From positions 1 through 37,135 of the IMG/VR virus record IMGVR_UViG_3300048611_000244: a stretch of DNA of 37,135 nt. One strand, written 5' to 3'. The notes below the pieces were generated by a model. It ran no database searches. It had not been told where the DNA came from and saw only the letters and a program-made list of their open reading frames with translations. Shown here piece by piece: positions 36,048 to 37,135 of this stretch. The translations under genes were made by a program, and so were the position numbers. Origin of the DNA: a virus. Lineage: Duplodnaviria > Caudoviricetes. Each line of letters starts with the position of its first letter. Positions within the stretch are counted from its first letter, which is position 1.

Positions 36048-36909
36048 ACATCTAGCAATTTACCGTAAAGTCCCAGCGGATATTTCCGACGATCAACGGG
36101 TCCGTGAACTGGCGCTGTGTCATGCCGCTGCTGTGGTTGTTGAGCGGTGGGTCCGCATGTATATCCCGACATATAGAACACGCGGCTATCTGGTTGCCAG
36201 CGACTTGGGAGTGCCCACGACAACTGTCCCTGGCCCTAGCTCCAAAAACATCTACGGTGCAGCGATAGCGCAGAAACCGGATGATGGTTTCGATCCGACC
36301 CACCACATGGTTTGGGGCGGGTATTCCACGTCCATTTGCGGGCGCTTCATCCTGTGCGGGAAAAACGGCTTCACCACGGTATTGTGTGATGCTTACACCA
36401 TGCTCCACGAATGGTTCCACGGGCTTTGTGAAGAGCACGCTAACCTGTGGAAGCCCAGCGGTCTTATTTTCTACGGAGATCAGACTTCGATAGAGGGCAA
36501 AAAACCGCGCCACGGCTTGAATGCAATCAACTACATACGGCTGGGTATAGCCGACAAGGTTTTGAGCGTAGATGAACCCGGTGACTATGTGTTGGGCTGT
36601 CTGGAAACGCCCTTGATTGCCCGGCATCCCCACGAGTGGCAGATACTGACCCTGCCGGGCGGGCCAGCACCTGATGGAACGACGGCACCGTATTTCACCC
36701 TGAGCCGCCGCAAGATGCGTGGCTTCCCGGATGTGGTGGGGCCAGCTTACGCGAACACGGTGTTCGTGCATTGGCCGGGGCCAGGCAAGAGTTCCGTCAC
36801 CGGCACTTTGAACATTGGGCTAGGCCATCAAACGCAAATGCCGAATGGCTGGATCGTAGAAGCTGTAGAAGCAAACGCCAATCAAATACTTTTGAGGATA
36901 GAGCAATGA
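36040..36909 (+). CDS. Zinc metallopeptidase, M11 (gametolysin)-like; start uncertain
   Basis: HEWFHGLCEEH, YGDQTSIEG, LNAINYIRLG. Confidence 0.6.
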   Translation: MSKHLAIYRKVPADISDDQRVRELALCHAAAVVVERWVRMYIPTYRTRGYLVASDLGVPTTTVPGPSSKNIYGAAIAQKPDDGFDPTHHMVWGGYSTSICGRFILCGKNGFTTVLCDAYTMLHEWFHGLCEEHANLWKPSGLIFYGDQTSIEGKKPRHGLNAINYIRLGIADKVLSVDEPGDYVLGCLETPLIARHPHEWQILTLPGGPAPDGTTAPYFTLSRRKMRGFPDVVGPAYANTVFVHWPGPGKSSVTGTLNIGLGHQTQMPNGWIVEAVEANANQILLRIEQ

Positions 36910-37135
36910 ATGAAATCACAACCGCACTACCACCTTTGCCCGAAGGGGCACTTGCCCCCACCACGGAAATGTCCGGCAACTGGGCCGCTGGCGATACGAC
37001 CTCAGAGGGGCTGGTGTTGAAGATCGGCCAAACCAAAGGGATGGGTATTTACTTCACCTACGAAATGGGCTTTAAGTCACGCAGACACTACACGTTCCTG
37101 TTCAACCTGGATGAGCACCAGTCATTCCCGATATT
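36906..37135 (+). CDS. Hypothetical protein truncated at the window edge (MNEITTALPPLPEGALAPTTEMSGNWAAGDTTSEGLVLKIG...)
   Basis: Hand-translated; ATGA overlap; frame open to the end. Confidence 0.65.
   Translation, partial: MNEITTALPPLPEGALAPTTEMSGNWAAGDTTSEGLVLKIGQTKGMGIYFTYEMGFKSRRHYTFLFNLDEHQSFPI

Noticed and set aside
34956-36771. Long minus-strand ORFs (293 aa and 239 aa)
   Set aside because: Shadows expected in GC-rich DNA; the + strand genes have SD sites, overlaps and recognisable motifs.

Overview
This is part of an N4-like phage (Schitoviridae) genome, apparently read across the junction of its two ends. Bases 1-7225 (- strand) are the start of the late operon: small and large terminase, an N4 gp67-like head-tail protein, tail-fibre genes and membrane proteins. 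Bases ~7230-7760 are a divergent non-coding region with ~62-bp periodic repeats, probably the terminal repeat. From 7763 onward nearly all genes are on the + strand: small early genes, the two-subunit N4-type RNA polymerase II, a MoxR AAA/vWA pair, Dda helicase, family A DNA polymerase, nuclease, primase, Sak4-like ATPase, SSB, RuvC-like resolvase and a metallophosphoesterase. An RNA operon follows: tRNA-Met(CAT), tRNA-Tyr(GTA) and a complete circularly permuted (two-piece) tmRNA gene with tag ANDSDFYGDNVLPMAA*. The window ends in a GC-richer accessory block that begins at a tRNA-like remnant. The top finding is the permuted phage tmRNA. Others are several structured intergenic RNA candidates (one pseudoknotted) and N4 vRNAP-type C-GGA-G hairpins at unexpected internal positions. 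All calls come from reading motifs by eye; no searches or folding programs were run.
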